In this document: in pieces, positions 38,743-48,203 of the stretch
Layout of the letters: every line of letters starts with the position of its first letter
Position numbering within the stretch: the first letter of the stretch is position 1
Notes under the pieces: generated by a model
Databases searched by the model: none
Told to the model about the DNA's origin: nothing
The model's input: the letters and a program-made list of their open reading frames with translations, nothing else
Assembly: GCA_965206595.1 (NCBI GenBank)
Contig: OZ242214.1
Span: 4,576,001-4,640,000, forward strand
Origin: Candidatus Latescibacterota bacterium
Lineage (GTDB): Bacteria > Latescibacterota > UBA2968 > UBA8231
Direction of reading: 5' to 3'
DNA length: 64,000 bases
Position numbers and translations under genes: made by a program

Positions 38743-40734
38743 TCAGCGCAGGACGGCGATCCTGTCGCGGCGCAGCAGTTCGCCGTTCTCGTCGCGGATC
38801 GAGTAGATGTAGACACCGCTGCCGACGATGAACCCGGCATCGTTGACGCCGCGCCAGCGGATCTCGTTGCTGAGCTCGTTCTGGGCTTCCTCGCGCCCGG
38901 TCCAGAGCAGTTCGCCGGCCAGAGAGGCGATCTGCACACGCGAGAACAGGGGAAGGCCGCTGAAGGCGAGGTATTTGTCCTGTTGCGGAGCAAACGGGTT
39001 CGGGTAGACGACGATGTCGTCGGCAGGCACGAGGCGCACGTTCTGGAACGCCCTGTTGTCGCTCTCGCTCGTCTCTTCGATTTCGCCCTCCGGGTCGACC
39101 TCGACGAGAAACACCATCTCGCCGTAGCGCTGCCAGGGAATGGAGATGTCGTCGACGGCGCCTGCGGGCAGCGGTCCCGGGCGCCGTTCGTCGAAAACGA
39201 CCCGGCAACCGGTGGAATCGTGGGCGCACCGGGATAGGCGGACGCGAAAGGCATCCTCCAAAGGGGCGGCCCCGATGTTGCCGACGCGGACCCTGAGGTT
39301 GTCCTCGGCATCCCCCTTCAGATCGCCGCCGGAAACCATCAGGTTCGGGAGGCTGTCGCCCGTCCCGAACTGCGCCAGGGTGGCCACGGTCAGACGGGTG
39401 ACGCCGGCGACGAGTTCCCAGTTGACGCTGTCCGGCAGGTCGCGGACGGTGTGGTACTGCGTGTTCAACCGGTACAGGCCCCCGCGCACGCCGGCGGTCG
39501 TCGAGTCTGTCGGCAGGTAGTTCTCGATCCCGAGGACGGCGTCGTAGCCGCGCGCCCAGAACGGGGCGTGATCGCTGAGGCCGGCGTACGGGTCTTCGAG
39601 CAGGTCGACGCGCAGGCCTATGCCGTAGCGCTCGTTGGCGGAGCGCAGCAGGTCGACGAGCCAGAGCGACTCGGGGTTGGAGACCAGCTCGATGCGGTCG
39701 TGGAGGTCGTTGAACCCGATCATGTCGAAGTTCAGCACCCCGAGAATGCGCTCGTCGCCGGCCAGGGCCTCGCCGGCGTAGTGGCGGCTGCCCCAGAGTC
39801 CGAGCTCCTCGCCCGACCAGGCGATGAAGCGGATCGACCAGGGAAACTGTCTGCCGCCGAGCACCCGGGCCGACTCGAGGACGAGGGCGACGCCGCTGGC
39901 GTTGTCGTCGGCCCCGGGAGCCGGATCGGTGCGCCAGTCCCAGCCGCGCGAACGGGTGCCGATGGCGTCGTAGTGGGCGCAGACGATGTAGTACCCGGCA
40001 TCCGGGTCGCTGCCGGACAGCTCGCCGATGACGTTGTACATGACGCTGTCCCCCTCGGAGATGGTGAACTCCTGCAGGCGCACGGCGTCGTCGCCGAGGG
40101 CCGCGGCGAGCTGCTCGCGAATGTAGCGGGTCGACTCGAAGGTCTCGGGACGGCGCGCGAAGCGGGTACGGAGGTTTGCCTCGACGCTGCCTTGGGAAGG
40201 GTCGATGAGCGACAGGCGCTCGATGTGATCCCTGAGCAGGTCGGTGTCGACTTCCGCGATCGCCTCCTCGACTCCGGCGGCGGCCGCAGGGGCCGTCCGC
40301 TTGTGCCGTGGGGCCGGTACCCATCCATCCACCGCATACCGGTCCGGCAAGGGGTAGAGGAAGATCTGATCGTCGTGAACGCGCCCGAAGTCGGCTTCCC
40401 CGATTTTCGACAGGCCCCAACCGCGGCGGTCCAGGTAGAGGAGTTCCTGTCCCTGCGGCAGGGGGAAATGGAGGTGGTCGCTGAGGTACCAGTCCTCGTC
40501 CGCGCCAGCGGTCCCGGTGGCGGCGATTTCGAATCCCAGCTCAGCGATCCGCGCGCGGGCGGCCGAGTCCGCCTCGACCACCGCGATCCCCGGGGCGATG
40601 TAGCGGGGGACGAGATCCTCATCCAGCGCCGCCAATTGGGACGGCTGCGACCAGCGCAGCACGAGCAGCTCCCGGGCGGAGCCGGCGCCGGCGAGAAGGC
40701 AGAGGATGACGGCGCCCGTGGCCAGCCGCATCAT
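38743..40734 (-). CDS. Secreted M28 metallopeptidase with CARDB and FlgD-like domains
   Basis: CAHYD, PGADDNASG, GEELGL, NFDMIG, SDHAPF, YHT; VDPEGEIEETSESDN; YPNPF...WRGVNDAG...SGVYIY. Confidence 0.85.
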   Translation of the reverse strand: MMRLATGAVILCLLAGAGSARELLVLRWSQPSQLAALDEDLVPRYIAPGIAVVEADSAARARIAELGFEIAATGTAGADEDWYLSDHLHFPLPQGQELLYLDRRGWGLSKIGEADFGRVHDDQIFLYPLPDRYAVDGWVPAPRHKRTAPAAAAGVEEAIAEVDTDLLRDHIERLSLIDPSQGSVEANLRTRFARRPETFESTRYIREQLAAALGDDAVRLQEFTISEGDSVMYNVIGELSGSDPDAGYYIVCAHYDAIGTRSRGWDWRTDPAPGADDNASGVALVLESARVLGGRQFPWSIRFIAWSGEELGLWGSRHYAGEALAGDERILGVLNFDMIGFNDLHDRIELVSNPESLWLVDLLRSANERYGIGLRVDLLEDPYAGLSDHAPFWARGYDAVLGIENYLPTDSTTAGVRGGLYRLNTQYHTVRDLPDSVNWELVAGVTRLTVATLAQFGTGDSLPNLMVSGGDLKGDAEDNLRVRVGNIGAAPLEDAFRVRLSRCAHDSTGCRVVFDERRPGPLPAGAVDDISIPWQRYGEMVFLVEVDPEGEIEETSESDNRAFQNVRLVPADDIVVYPNPFAPQQDKYLAFSGLPLFSRVQIASLAGELLWTGREEAQNELSNEIRWRGVNDAGFIVGSGVYIYSIRDENGELLRRDRIAVLR

Positions 40735-41018
40735 GAGCCGCGGTCCGCTGAAAAGGCCGATTGGGGGTGCCTCGGTGGCCGCATGCGGCGCTCCATTTCC
40801 TCCCTGAAGTCCCGCTTCGATCCGGTCTGCGTCCGCGGGCGGATGCGCTCCACCTTGTCTCCGGCCTCGCGCTCCGGTGAGGTGATCCGCCCGGCCGCCC
40901 CGACGACCCGGCCCCGCCTTCATCTGCGGCTCCGTTGTCCCGTTTCGCATCCACCCCGCAGATCTCGCTGCCAATCGCCGCTGCTTCCTGACCATCCATC
41001 CAGTTCCCTGGCCCTTGC

Positions 41019-41774
41019 TCAGCTGCCGGCGAAGCGGGTGCGGTGGCTCATGACATTGACCTGCGGCCGGTACCCGAGGACTTCCCTGGCGACGGAGATG
41101 TCGAGAAAGCCGGCGTGGCCTTCCCAGACGTTTTCCGAGGTGCCGTAGGTGATGAGGAATTTCTCCTCCCCCTCGTAGTCGACGGCGAGGCCGAACAGCT
41201 GCGCCGCGTCGACCGGGGCCAGCAGGGTGCTGCAGAGGCGCAGGCTTCCCGGTTCGGGGTTTCCAGTGAAGGTGCCGATGCGGATGCTGATGAAGCGGCG
41301 GCCGTACACGTTTACGAGGTGCATGCCGGCGATCTCGGCCATTCCCTTCATGGCGCCGTACCAGCCGTCCGGGTTGAACTGGTCGGCGGTGGAGAAGACC
41401 GGCGGGTCGGCGATGCGCTCGTTCCACCCGGTGGCGTGGTTGGAGCTGGCGTAGACGATCTTGCCGGCGCCGGCCCGGTGGGCGATCTCGAACAGCTGCA
41501 TGTTCATGGCGATGTCGGACATCCCCGCATCCGGCTCGCCGATTCTGTCCGCTCTCAGGTAGACGAGGGCCACCACCACCTCCTGCTCCGCGCAGACCTC
41601 GGCGGCGAAGGCCGGGTCGGTAAGCTCGCCGATCGCGGTGCGGGATTGCGCCCCCTCGATCTCCCTGACGTCGGTGAGGGTCAGCTCGTAGCGGTCGTCT
41701 GCTTCCCAGGACCGCCACAAGGCGCTGCCGACCACGCCGGCGGCCCCGGTTACGAGCACGCGTTTCTTTGTCAT
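41019..41774 (-). CDS. NAD-dependent epimerase/dehydratase (uronate dehydrogenase-like)
   Basis: VTGAAGVVG, YASSNHA, PDGWYGAMK, IRIG. Confidence 0.85.
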   Translation of the reverse strand: MTKKRVLVTGAAGVVGSALWRSWEADDRYELTLTDVREIEGAQSRTAIGELTDPAFAAEVCAEQEVVVALVYLRADRIGEPDAGMSDIAMNMQLFEIAHRAGAGKIVYASSNHATGWNERIADPPVFSTADQFNPDGWYGAMKGMAEIAGMHLVNVYGRRFISIRIGTFTGNPEPGSLRLCSTLLAPVDAAQLFGLAVDYEGEEKFLITYGTSENVWEGHAGFLDISVAREVLGYRPQVNVMSHRTRFAGS

Positions 41775-41932
41775 CTGATAGTCCGTTGTTGAAGGTCGGC
41801 ACGGCTGGAAGGCCGTGCAGGTCTGGGGGTGGTTGAAACTCGCTTCAACGGCGGAGTGGTGCAATCCGCCCGTGCCTGCTTGCCCCCCCCGGGCGCGACG
41901 CGGATTTTTCGGCCGAACGAATCCCGCCTTTG

Positions 41933-41960
41933 GCAGCCCGGGTGGACTTTTCAACGGCTG
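41933..41960. repeat. Short dispersed hairpin repeat, copy 2
   Basis: Reverse complement CAGCCGTTGAAAAGTCCACCCGGGCTGC aligns to 36785-36814 with two substitutions and two 1-nt indels. Confidence 0.45.
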
Positions 41961-42006
41961 TTCAGGCGGCTCGCGCATCCGCCGCACCCAACGAGACGAG
42001 GGATCC

Positions 42007-43734
42007 ATGAACGTCCTGGTGATCGTGATTCTCGGGTTTGCCGTCTTCGCCCTGGCCAGCCGCTACTACGGAGGCTGGGTGGCTCGCAAGGTCGGCGTCG
42101 ACCCGGCAAATCCGACCCCGGCGCAGCAGATCAACGACGGCCGCGACTACGTGCCGACGCGCATCTCCGTCGTCTTCGCCCATCACTTCTCCAGCATCGC
42201 CGGCGCGGGGCCGATCGTCGGGCCGACCCTGGCGGCGATCTACGGATTCGTGCCGGCGGTGATGTGGGTCGTCCTCGGGGGCATCTTCATCGGCGCCGTG
42301 CACGACTTCACGGCGCTGTTCGCCAGCATGCGCGAGGGCGGCAAGTCGATGGCGGAGATCGCCCACAAGTCGATGGGGCGGGCCGGCTTCACGCTGTTCC
42401 TGCTGTTCACCATCGTCATGATCGTGCTGATCACCGCGGTCTTCCTCAAGCTGACCGCGAAGGCGCTGGCGTCGCTGTGGCCGCTGGAAAAGCTCGGCCT
42501 CGACAGCGCCCAGACGCTGCTGCGGACCGAGGTGCAGGACGGCGTGATGATGGGTCACATCGGCGGCATCGCCTCGACCTCGGTCATCGTCGTCACGGCG
42601 CTGGCCCCGGTCCTCGGCTACCTGCTCTACCGCCGCGGCATCCGCACCGGCATCGCCTACCTGCTCGGCGCCGGGCTCTGCGCCGGGTCGATCCTCGTCG
42701 GCCTCAGCCACCCTCTGGCCATCTCTCCGGAGACGTGGATGGTGATCATCTCGGTGTACGTGATGTTCGCCGCCGGCGCCCCGGTCTGGGTGATCCTGCA
42801 GCCGCGCGACTTCATCAACTCGCAGATCCTCTACGGCGGCATGGCGCTGATGTTCTTCGCGCTGCTGAGCGGCGGTTTGGGCGGGCTTTCCGTCACTTTT
42901 CCCGCGTTCAACTTCAGCGAGGGGATCGAGCACCTCGGGCTGATCTGGCCGATGATGTTCGTGACCATCGCCTGCGGGGCGATATCCGGTTTTCACTGCC
43001 TGGTGTCGTCGGGCACGACCTGCAAGCAGTGCAGCAGCGAGCAGGACGCCAAGCGGATCGGCTTCGACGGCATGCTCCTCGAGTGCATCCTGGCGCTGTT
43101 CGTGCTGCTGGCGATCGGCAGCGCCCTCGGCTTCGAGGATTACAAGGCCGTGGTCTGGAACGAGAGCAACCCGGTGCTCGGGTTCGCCCTGGCCGCGGGC
43201 AAGCTCGCCAACAGCGGGCTCGGATTCATCCCGGTGGCTCTCGGGACGGTGTTCGGCGTCCTGATGCTGGAGGGGTTCCTGGTGACGACCCTCGACTCGG
43301 CGGTGCGCCTGAACCGCTACCTGTTCGAGGAGCTGTGGGACCTGCTGTTCGAGACCCCGCCGGCGTTCATGAAGAAGTACTGGTTCAACGCCGGACTGTC
43401 AGTGGCGCTGATGTGGATTCTCGCCGGATCGAACGCCGCCACCGCGATCTGGCCGGTGTTCGGGAGCAGCAATCAGCTGCTGGCGGCCCTCGCCCTGATC
43501 GTGGTCAGCACCTGGCTGTTGAACCGCGGCACCCTGCCGTGGTTCACGTTGATCCCGGCGGCGTTCATGATGGCGACCACCCTGTACTCGCTGGTGCTGC
43601 TGATGCAGAAGCACATCCCCGCGGGGAACTACCTGCTGGTCGGCGCCGAGGTCGTGCTCTTCGTGCTCGCCCTCGGGGTTATCGGTATCGCGATCCGGAC
43701 CCATGTCGGCGCTCGCAGGCTCGCAACGAATTGA
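42007..43734 (+). CDS. cstA: Carbon starvation protein A family peptide/pyruvate transporter
   Basis: TPAQQINDGRDYVPT, HHFSSIAGAGPIVGP, TIACGAISGFH, TTLDSAVRL, IWPVFGSSNQLLAA. Confidence 0.93.
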   Translation: MNVLVIVILGFAVFALASRYYGGWVARKVGVDPANPTPAQQINDGRDYVPTRISVVFAHHFSSIAGAGPIVGPTLAAIYGFVPAVMWVVLGGIFIGAVHDFTALFASMREGGKSMAEIAHKSMGRAGFTLFLLFTIVMIVLITAVFLKLTAKALASLWPLEKLGLDSAQTLLRTEVQDGVMMGHIGGIASTSVIVVTALAPVLGYLLYRRGIRTGIAYLLGAGLCAGSILVGLSHPLAISPETWMVIISVYVMFAAGAPVWVILQPRDFINSQILYGGMALMFFALLSGGLGGLSVTFPAFNFSEGIEHLGLIWPMMFVTIACGAISGFHCLVSSGTTCKQCSSEQDAKRIGFDGMLLECILALFVLLAIGSALGFEDYKAVVWNESNPVLGFALAAGKLANSGLGFIPVALGTVFGVLMLEGFLVTTLDSAVRLNRYLFEELWDLLFETPPAFMKKYWFNAGLSVALMWILAGSNAATAIWPVFGSSNQLLAALALIVVSTWLLNRGTLPWFTLIPAAFMMATTLYSLVLLMQKHIPAGNYLLVGAEVVLFVLALGVIGIAIRTHVGARRLATN

Positions 43735-43778
43735 GCGGTACGTCAGCGCCTGGGATGGGGATACAGCCGGCGTCCGGC

Positions 43779-44300
43779 TCAGCTTTCGAGGAGCCTCGGC
43801 ATCAACTCGACGAGGTTGCACGGGTGGGTGCGGCTGTCGAGCTGCTCCGATATAATGCGGTCCCAGCCGGTGGCGCAGGCCCCCCTCGACCCGGGAAGGC
43901 AGAAGATGTAGGTGCCGTTGGCGACGCCGGCGATGGCCCGCGACTGGATCGTCGACGGTCCGATCTCCTCGTACGACAGCACGCGGAAGACCTCCCCGAA
44001 CCCCTCGATCTGCTTGTCGAGCAGGGGGACGACGGCTTCCGGGGTGCCGTCGCGGCCGGTCAGGCCGGTGCCGCCGGTGGTGATGACGACGTCGACCTCC
44101 CTGTCGCAGATCCAGCGCGAAACCGCGGCGCGGATCTCGTAGATGTCGTCCGGCAGGATCAGCTTCTCCGCGAGGCGGTGGCCCGCGGCTTCGAGGCGAT
44201 CCACCAGCAGTTTCCCCGATTTGTCCTGCACTTCGTCGCGGGTGTCGGATACGGTCAGCACCGCCAGCCGCAGCGCTACCGGTTTCTCATTGTCACTCAT
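43779..44300 (-). CDS. moaB: Molybdenum cofactor biosynthesis protein B
   Basis: LTVSDTR, DKSG, TTGGTGLTGRDGTPEA, IQSRA, LPGS, PCNLV. Confidence 0.93.
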   Translation of the reverse strand: MSDNEKPVALRLAVLTVSDTRDEVQDKSGKLLVDRLEAAGHRLAEKLILPDDIYEIRAAVSRWICDREVDVVITTGGTGLTGRDGTPEAVVPLLDKQIEGFGEVFRVLSYEEIGPSTIQSRAIAGVANGTYIFCLPGSRGACATGWDRIISEQLDSRTHPCNLVELMPRLLES

Positions 44301-45160
44301 CAGTCTGCAATCTCCTTCAGTCGGATTTCGAACAGCCAGGGCCACAGCTTTCCGGTGACGAACAGGCGGCCGTTGGCCTCGTCCCAGGCGATGCCGTTGA
44401 GGACGTCGGCCGCGGCCTTCTCGGCGGCCGGCAGCAGGCCTTCGAGGTCGATCCAGCCCGTCACTTCGCCGGTGGCAGGATCGATGCGGGCTACCAGATC
44501 GGTTCGCCAGACATTGGCGAAGATCTCCCCGCCGACGAACTCGAGCTCGTTGAGGTCGCCGACCCGGCGGCCGTCGCCGGTCACCTCGAGACGGCCGGTC
44601 TCGGCGAAGGTTTCGCTGTCGCGAAAGCGCAGCACCGGGGTGCCGTCACTGGCGATGAAGCGCTCTCCATCGTGGGTCAGCCCCCACCCCTCGGTTTCGT
44701 AGCGGAACGTCGAGAGCAGCTCGAAGCTGTCGCGGTCGTAGCGGAAGCCGACCCGCTCGCGGTAGGTGAGCTGAAAGATGCGGTTGCCGGCCAGGGCCAT
44801 CCCCTCGCCGAAGAACTCCTGGTCGAGGTCGCGGCGGCGCAGGACCTTCCCGGTGGTCAGTTCGACCTTGCGCAGCGAGGAGCGGCCGTGCAGGCCGGTG
44901 CTCTCGTACAGGAAACCGCCGTCGTAGAACAGCCCCTGCGTGAAAGCCTCGGGGTCGTGGGGATAGGTGTTGACGATTTCGTAGGTGAACCTGGGAATCC
45001 CCGCGGTTGGGGCGCTGCCGCCGCGGGATTCGCTGCCGGCCTGGCCGTTGACGGAATCGGAAGAGGCGCAGGAGGCCAGCAACAGAAGGCAGGCGATTCC
45101 GGCGCGCGCCAGCGGTCCAGGCCGCGGGTGAAGGTCTGTTTCGCACCGGAGCTGCATCAT
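44300..45160 (-). CDS. Glutaminyl-peptide cyclotransferase (lipoprotein)
   Basis: YPHDPEAFTQGL, ESTG, FGEG, EGWGL, LNELE, VLNGIA, TGKLWP; LLASC lipobox. Confidence 0.9.
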   Translation of the reverse strand: MMQLRCETDLHPRPGPLARAGIACLLLLASCASSDSVNGQAGSESRGGSAPTAGIPRFTYEIVNTYPHDPEAFTQGLFYDGGFLYESTGLHGRSSLRKVELTTGKVLRRRDLDQEFFGEGMALAGNRIFQLTYRERVGFRYDRDSFELLSTFRYETEGWGLTHDGERFIASDGTPVLRFRDSETFAETGRLEVTGDGRRVGDLNELEFVGGEIFANVWRTDLVARIDPATGEVTGWIDLEGLLPAAEKAAADVLNGIAWDEANGRLFVTGKLWPWLFEIRLKEIAD

Positions 45161-45298
45161 CGCATCGGTTCGGAACGTAACGGTTGCCCCGGGCTCTGTC
45201 GAGAGCCTGAACTGCCCCCGCCCGCCGCCCGCCGGACGGTACGGTACGGGCATTCGAGACCGCGGATGCGAACCTCCAAGTCCTTCCTGGGCGCCTTT

Positions 45299-45550
45299 TC
45301 AAGAATTACGGCTGCGCATCGATTTGCGGCGGCTGCGGTTTGGGAGCCTCGGATTTCTGTGCGGCTCGGGATCGGGTCCTATTCGCCTGACCGGGGGGGC
45401 GCCGTCCTCATCCTTCCCGAAACAAACGTCGCAGATGACCTTGCGCCCATCAGGCGCATCCATCACGAAATACATCACCTCGCCCTTTTCAACGGGTGCA
45501 TTGCAGCTGCGACAGGTCCCTCGGTACTTGGCGACCGTGCGTTTTATCAT
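45299..45550 (-). CDS. Small zinc-finger-like protein
   Basis: CRSC...CDVC pairs, GGGAG RBS, basic tail. Confidence 0.55.
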   Translation of the reverse strand: MIKRTVAKYRGTCRSCNAPVEKGEVMYFVMDAPDGRKVICDVCFGKDEDGAPPVRRIGPDPEPHRNPRLPNRSRRKSMRSRNS

Positions 45551-45802
45551 CGCGGCTCCCCCCTCCGGGGTTCAAGCGCATTTCTGCGCGTTTTGTTATT
45601 GATGATGAAACTTTAGTGAACCAAAGAAATTCGCTAGTTGCAGCAAAAGGAACAGACAGGCCCCAAGGCAGCCCGGCAGCCGCTGGGAAGAGACTCCGGA
45701 TAACCCCGGGAAGGGGGGCAGCCGCGCCTCGCACAGGCGGGCAATCCAACGAGCAGGGGCCGCCAACCCGCCGCCTACGCCCATTATAAGAAAGGCACCA
45801 GG

Positions 45803-47143
45803 ATGATCGACTGGAATTCAGTGAAAGACGAAGTCACCGGTTACCTGCAGGACCTGCTGCGCATCGACACCACCAACCCGCCCGGCAACGAGACCGAGGC
45901 CGCCGAGTACATCGCCGGCGTCCTGCGGCGGGAGGGGTTTCAGCCGCTGATCACCGAGTCGGCGCCGGGCAGGGGAAACGTCACCACCCGCCTCGACACC
46001 GGGGGCGCGGAATCGCCGCTGCTTCTGCTCGGCCACACCGACGTGGTCGCCGCCGAGCCGGACAAGTGGACGCGCGATCCTTTCGGCGGCGATCTCCACG
46101 ACGGCTGCATCTGGGGGCGCGGCGCCCTCGACATGAAGAACATGGTGGCCGCCGAGCTGATGGTGATGCTCCTGCTCAAACGGCAGGGGATGGCGCTCAA
46201 GCGCCCGGTGATGTTCGCCGCCACCGCGGACGAGGAGGCCGGCAAAGGCAACCACGGTCCCGGCTGGCTGCTGGACAATCACCCCGAACAGATAGAGGCC
46301 CCGGTCGTGCTGACCGAAGCAGGAGGCCACGACCTGAGCGTGGGGGCGCACCGGTACTATACCTGCTGCGTCGGCCAGAAGGGGATCTGCCGCCTGCGCG
46401 CCACCGCCCGGGGGCGCCCCGGGCACGGCTCGCGGCCCCACGACGACAACGCCATCGTCAAGCTGTGCGCGGCCCTGGGCAAGCTCGAGGGAGGGAACTT
46501 TCCCCTGCATCCGTCGAGGACGCTGAGGGCATATCTCGAAGGGATTGCCAAATGCCAGCCGCCGGAGCTGGCCGGCAGTCTCCGCGCCGTCCTCGACCCG
46601 GCCAGTTCGGATAGTGCCCTCGCCTCACTGCCGCTGGCCGACGACTTCAAGGCGGAGCTGCGCTCCCTGCTGCGCAACACCGCGTCGGCGACCATGCTCA
46701 GCGCCGGCAGCAAGATCAACGTGATTCCGTCCGAGGCCAGCGCGGCCATCGACGGGCGGCTGGCCCCCGGACAGACGAAGGAGTCGTTCCTCGCCGAGCT
46801 GCGCGGGCAGATCGGCGACGAGCTCGAGATCGAAGTGGACCAGTACAGCCCGCCCCTGGAGGCGGATGCGGCCGGGGAGTTCTACGGGGTCATCGAGGAG
46901 GTGATGGCGCGCCACGATCCCGGGGTGCCGGTGGTGCCGTCGCTGACGACCGGGGGGACCGACGCCAAGCACATCTGCCCGCGGCGGCCCGGGACGCAGG
47001 TGTACGGGTTCATGCCCTACCGCCAGCAGCCGGGGCTCGAGGAGATGCAGCTGATCCACGGGCACGATGAGCGCACCACGGTGGAGAACCTGCTGTTCGC
47101 GACCCGGGTGATCTACGACATCGTCGTGGCGTATGCTGCTTGA
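45803..47143 (+). CDS. M20 family metallopeptidase (ArgE/DapE-like)
   Basis: GHTDVV, GRGALDMK, ADEEAG, GHGS, GGTDAK, IHGHDER. Confidence 0.92.
   Translation: MIDWNSVKDEVTGYLQDLLRIDTTNPPGNETEAAEYIAGVLRREGFQPLITESAPGRGNVTTRLDTGGAESPLLLLGHTDVVAAEPDKWTRDPFGGDLHDGCIWGRGALDMKNMVAAELMVMLLLKRQGMALKRPVMFAATADEEAGKGNHGPGWLLDNHPEQIEAPVVLTEAGGHDLSVGAHRYYTCCVGQKGICRLRATARGRPGHGSRPHDDNAIVKLCAALGKLEGGNFPLHPSRTLRAYLEGIAKCQPPELAGSLRAVLDPASSDSALASLPLADDFKAELRSLLRNTASATMLSAGSKINVIPSEASAAIDGRLAPGQTKESFLAELRGQIGDELEIEVDQYSPPLEADAAGEFYGVIEEVMARHDPGVPVVPSLTTGGTDAKHICPRRPGTQVYGFMPYRQQPGLEEMQLIHGHDERTTVENLLFATRVIYDIVVAYAA
46891..47143 (+). repeat. Direct repeat copy 1 (intact 3' end of the M20 gene)
   Basis: Near-identical to 50108-50361. 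Confidence 0.92.
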
Positions 47144-47239
47144 GGGCGGGTTTGGGCGAGCGACCGACCGGAATGCGCTATCCTTGCAGATGGAGAGCAT
47201 TCGCCGTTGTCGCGTTATCCTGCACAGGAGACAGGCAGA

Positions 47240-47269
47240 TTGACATCCGGAATAGTGGTGATATACATT
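47240..47269 (+). promoter_or_regulatory. Putative sigma70 promoter for the DUF5131-HD cassette
   Basis: TTGACA 47240-47245; TATACA or TACATT at 16 or 18 nt spacing; AGGAG RBS downstream. Confidence 0.5.
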
Positions 47270-47309
47270 TGTGCACGCATGCTGACACTTGGTAGGAGCT
47301 AACCCCCTG

Positions 47310-48200
47310 ATGGCTCGCAAAAGCACCATCGAGTGGACCAACAGCACCTGGAACCCGGTCACCGGCTGCACGAAGGTCAGTGCCGGTTGCGACCATTGCT
47401 ATGCCGAGCGCTTCTCCGAACGCTTTCGCGGCGTCAAAGGGCACCCCTTCGAGTCCGGCTTCGATCTGACCCTGCGCCCGGAGCGTATCGAGCAACCCGC
47501 GCACTGGCGGCGACCGCAGCTCATCTTCGTCAACTCGATGAGCGACCTCTTCCACAAGAACATTCCCACCGAGTACATCCACCGCGTATTCGACACGATG
47601 GAGCGTGCGGATTGGCACATTTACCAGGTTCTCACAAAACGCAGTTCGCTGATGCGCCGTTTCGTCCAGGGGCGTTATCGTGACGGAAAGGCACCACCGC
47701 ATATCTGGCTGGGAGTTTCCATCGAGAACGCCGCCGCCTTGACGCGACTCCGGCACCTGAAACAGACCAATGCCTCAGTGCGCTTCGTTTCCTTCGAGCC
47801 CCTGCTTGGCCCGCCGGGAGTGGTAGACCTTGAGGATATTCACTGGGTAATCGCGGGAGGCGAGAGCGGCCCGGGAGCGCGTCCGATGGAGGTCGAGTGG
47901 GTACGCGAATTGCGCGACCAGTGCCTGGGCCAGGGGGTCGCGTTTTTCTTCAAGCAATGGGGCGGGCGCACACCCAAAGCGGGCGGGAACAGGCTGGATG
48001 GCCGGCAGTGGCTGGAGTATCCGGACAGGCAGCGTCCTCGAAGCGATCGAAGATTTCCTCGCGGAGGGGCCTTGAGCTCTACTGCTCTTGCAAACCCCGC
48101 CAAAACCAACGTGGTTCACGCCCCGAAAGAAGTTCGAGCTTCGGGCGTACTGACCACCGCTCGAAACGTGAAGCATGAAGCTTTCCAAAAGGGGAGCTAA
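47310..48200 (+). CDS. Phage Gp37/Gp68 (DUF5131) radical-SAM-like protein
   Basis: IEWTNSTWNPVTGCTKVSAGCDHCYA (Cx6Cx2C), FVNSMSDLFH, QVLTKR, SFEPLLG, WVIAGGESG, FFFKQWGG. Confidence 0.92.
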   Translation: MARKSTIEWTNSTWNPVTGCTKVSAGCDHCYAERFSERFRGVKGHPFESGFDLTLRPERIEQPAHWRRPQLIFVNSMSDLFHKNIPTEYIHRVFDTMERADWHIYQVLTKRSSLMRRFVQGRYRDGKAPPHIWLGVSIENAAALTRLRHLKQTNASVRFVSFEPLLGPPGVVDLEDIHWVIAGGESGPGARPMEVEWVRELRDQCLGQGVAFFFKQWGGRTPKAGGNRLDGRQWLEYPDRQRPRSDRRFPRGGALSSTALANPAKTNVVHAPKEVRASGVLTTARNVKHEAFQKGS

Positions 48201-48203
48201 GGC

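Noticed and set aside
38743-41802. 1019-aa ORF
   Set aside because: The first ~355 aa overlap the epimerase gene in another frame; the signal peptide starts at 40734
41829-44702. 957-aa plus-strand ORF and similar long shadow ORFs (e.g. 56986-58755, 35084-36673, 33610-35373)
   Set aside because: Off-frame or antisense shadows of real genes, expected in GC-rich DNA; no recognisable motifs
45600-45800. Cobalamin-riboswitch-like GCTGGGAAG
   Set aside because: Other conserved riboswitch elements are missing and the downstream gene is unrelated
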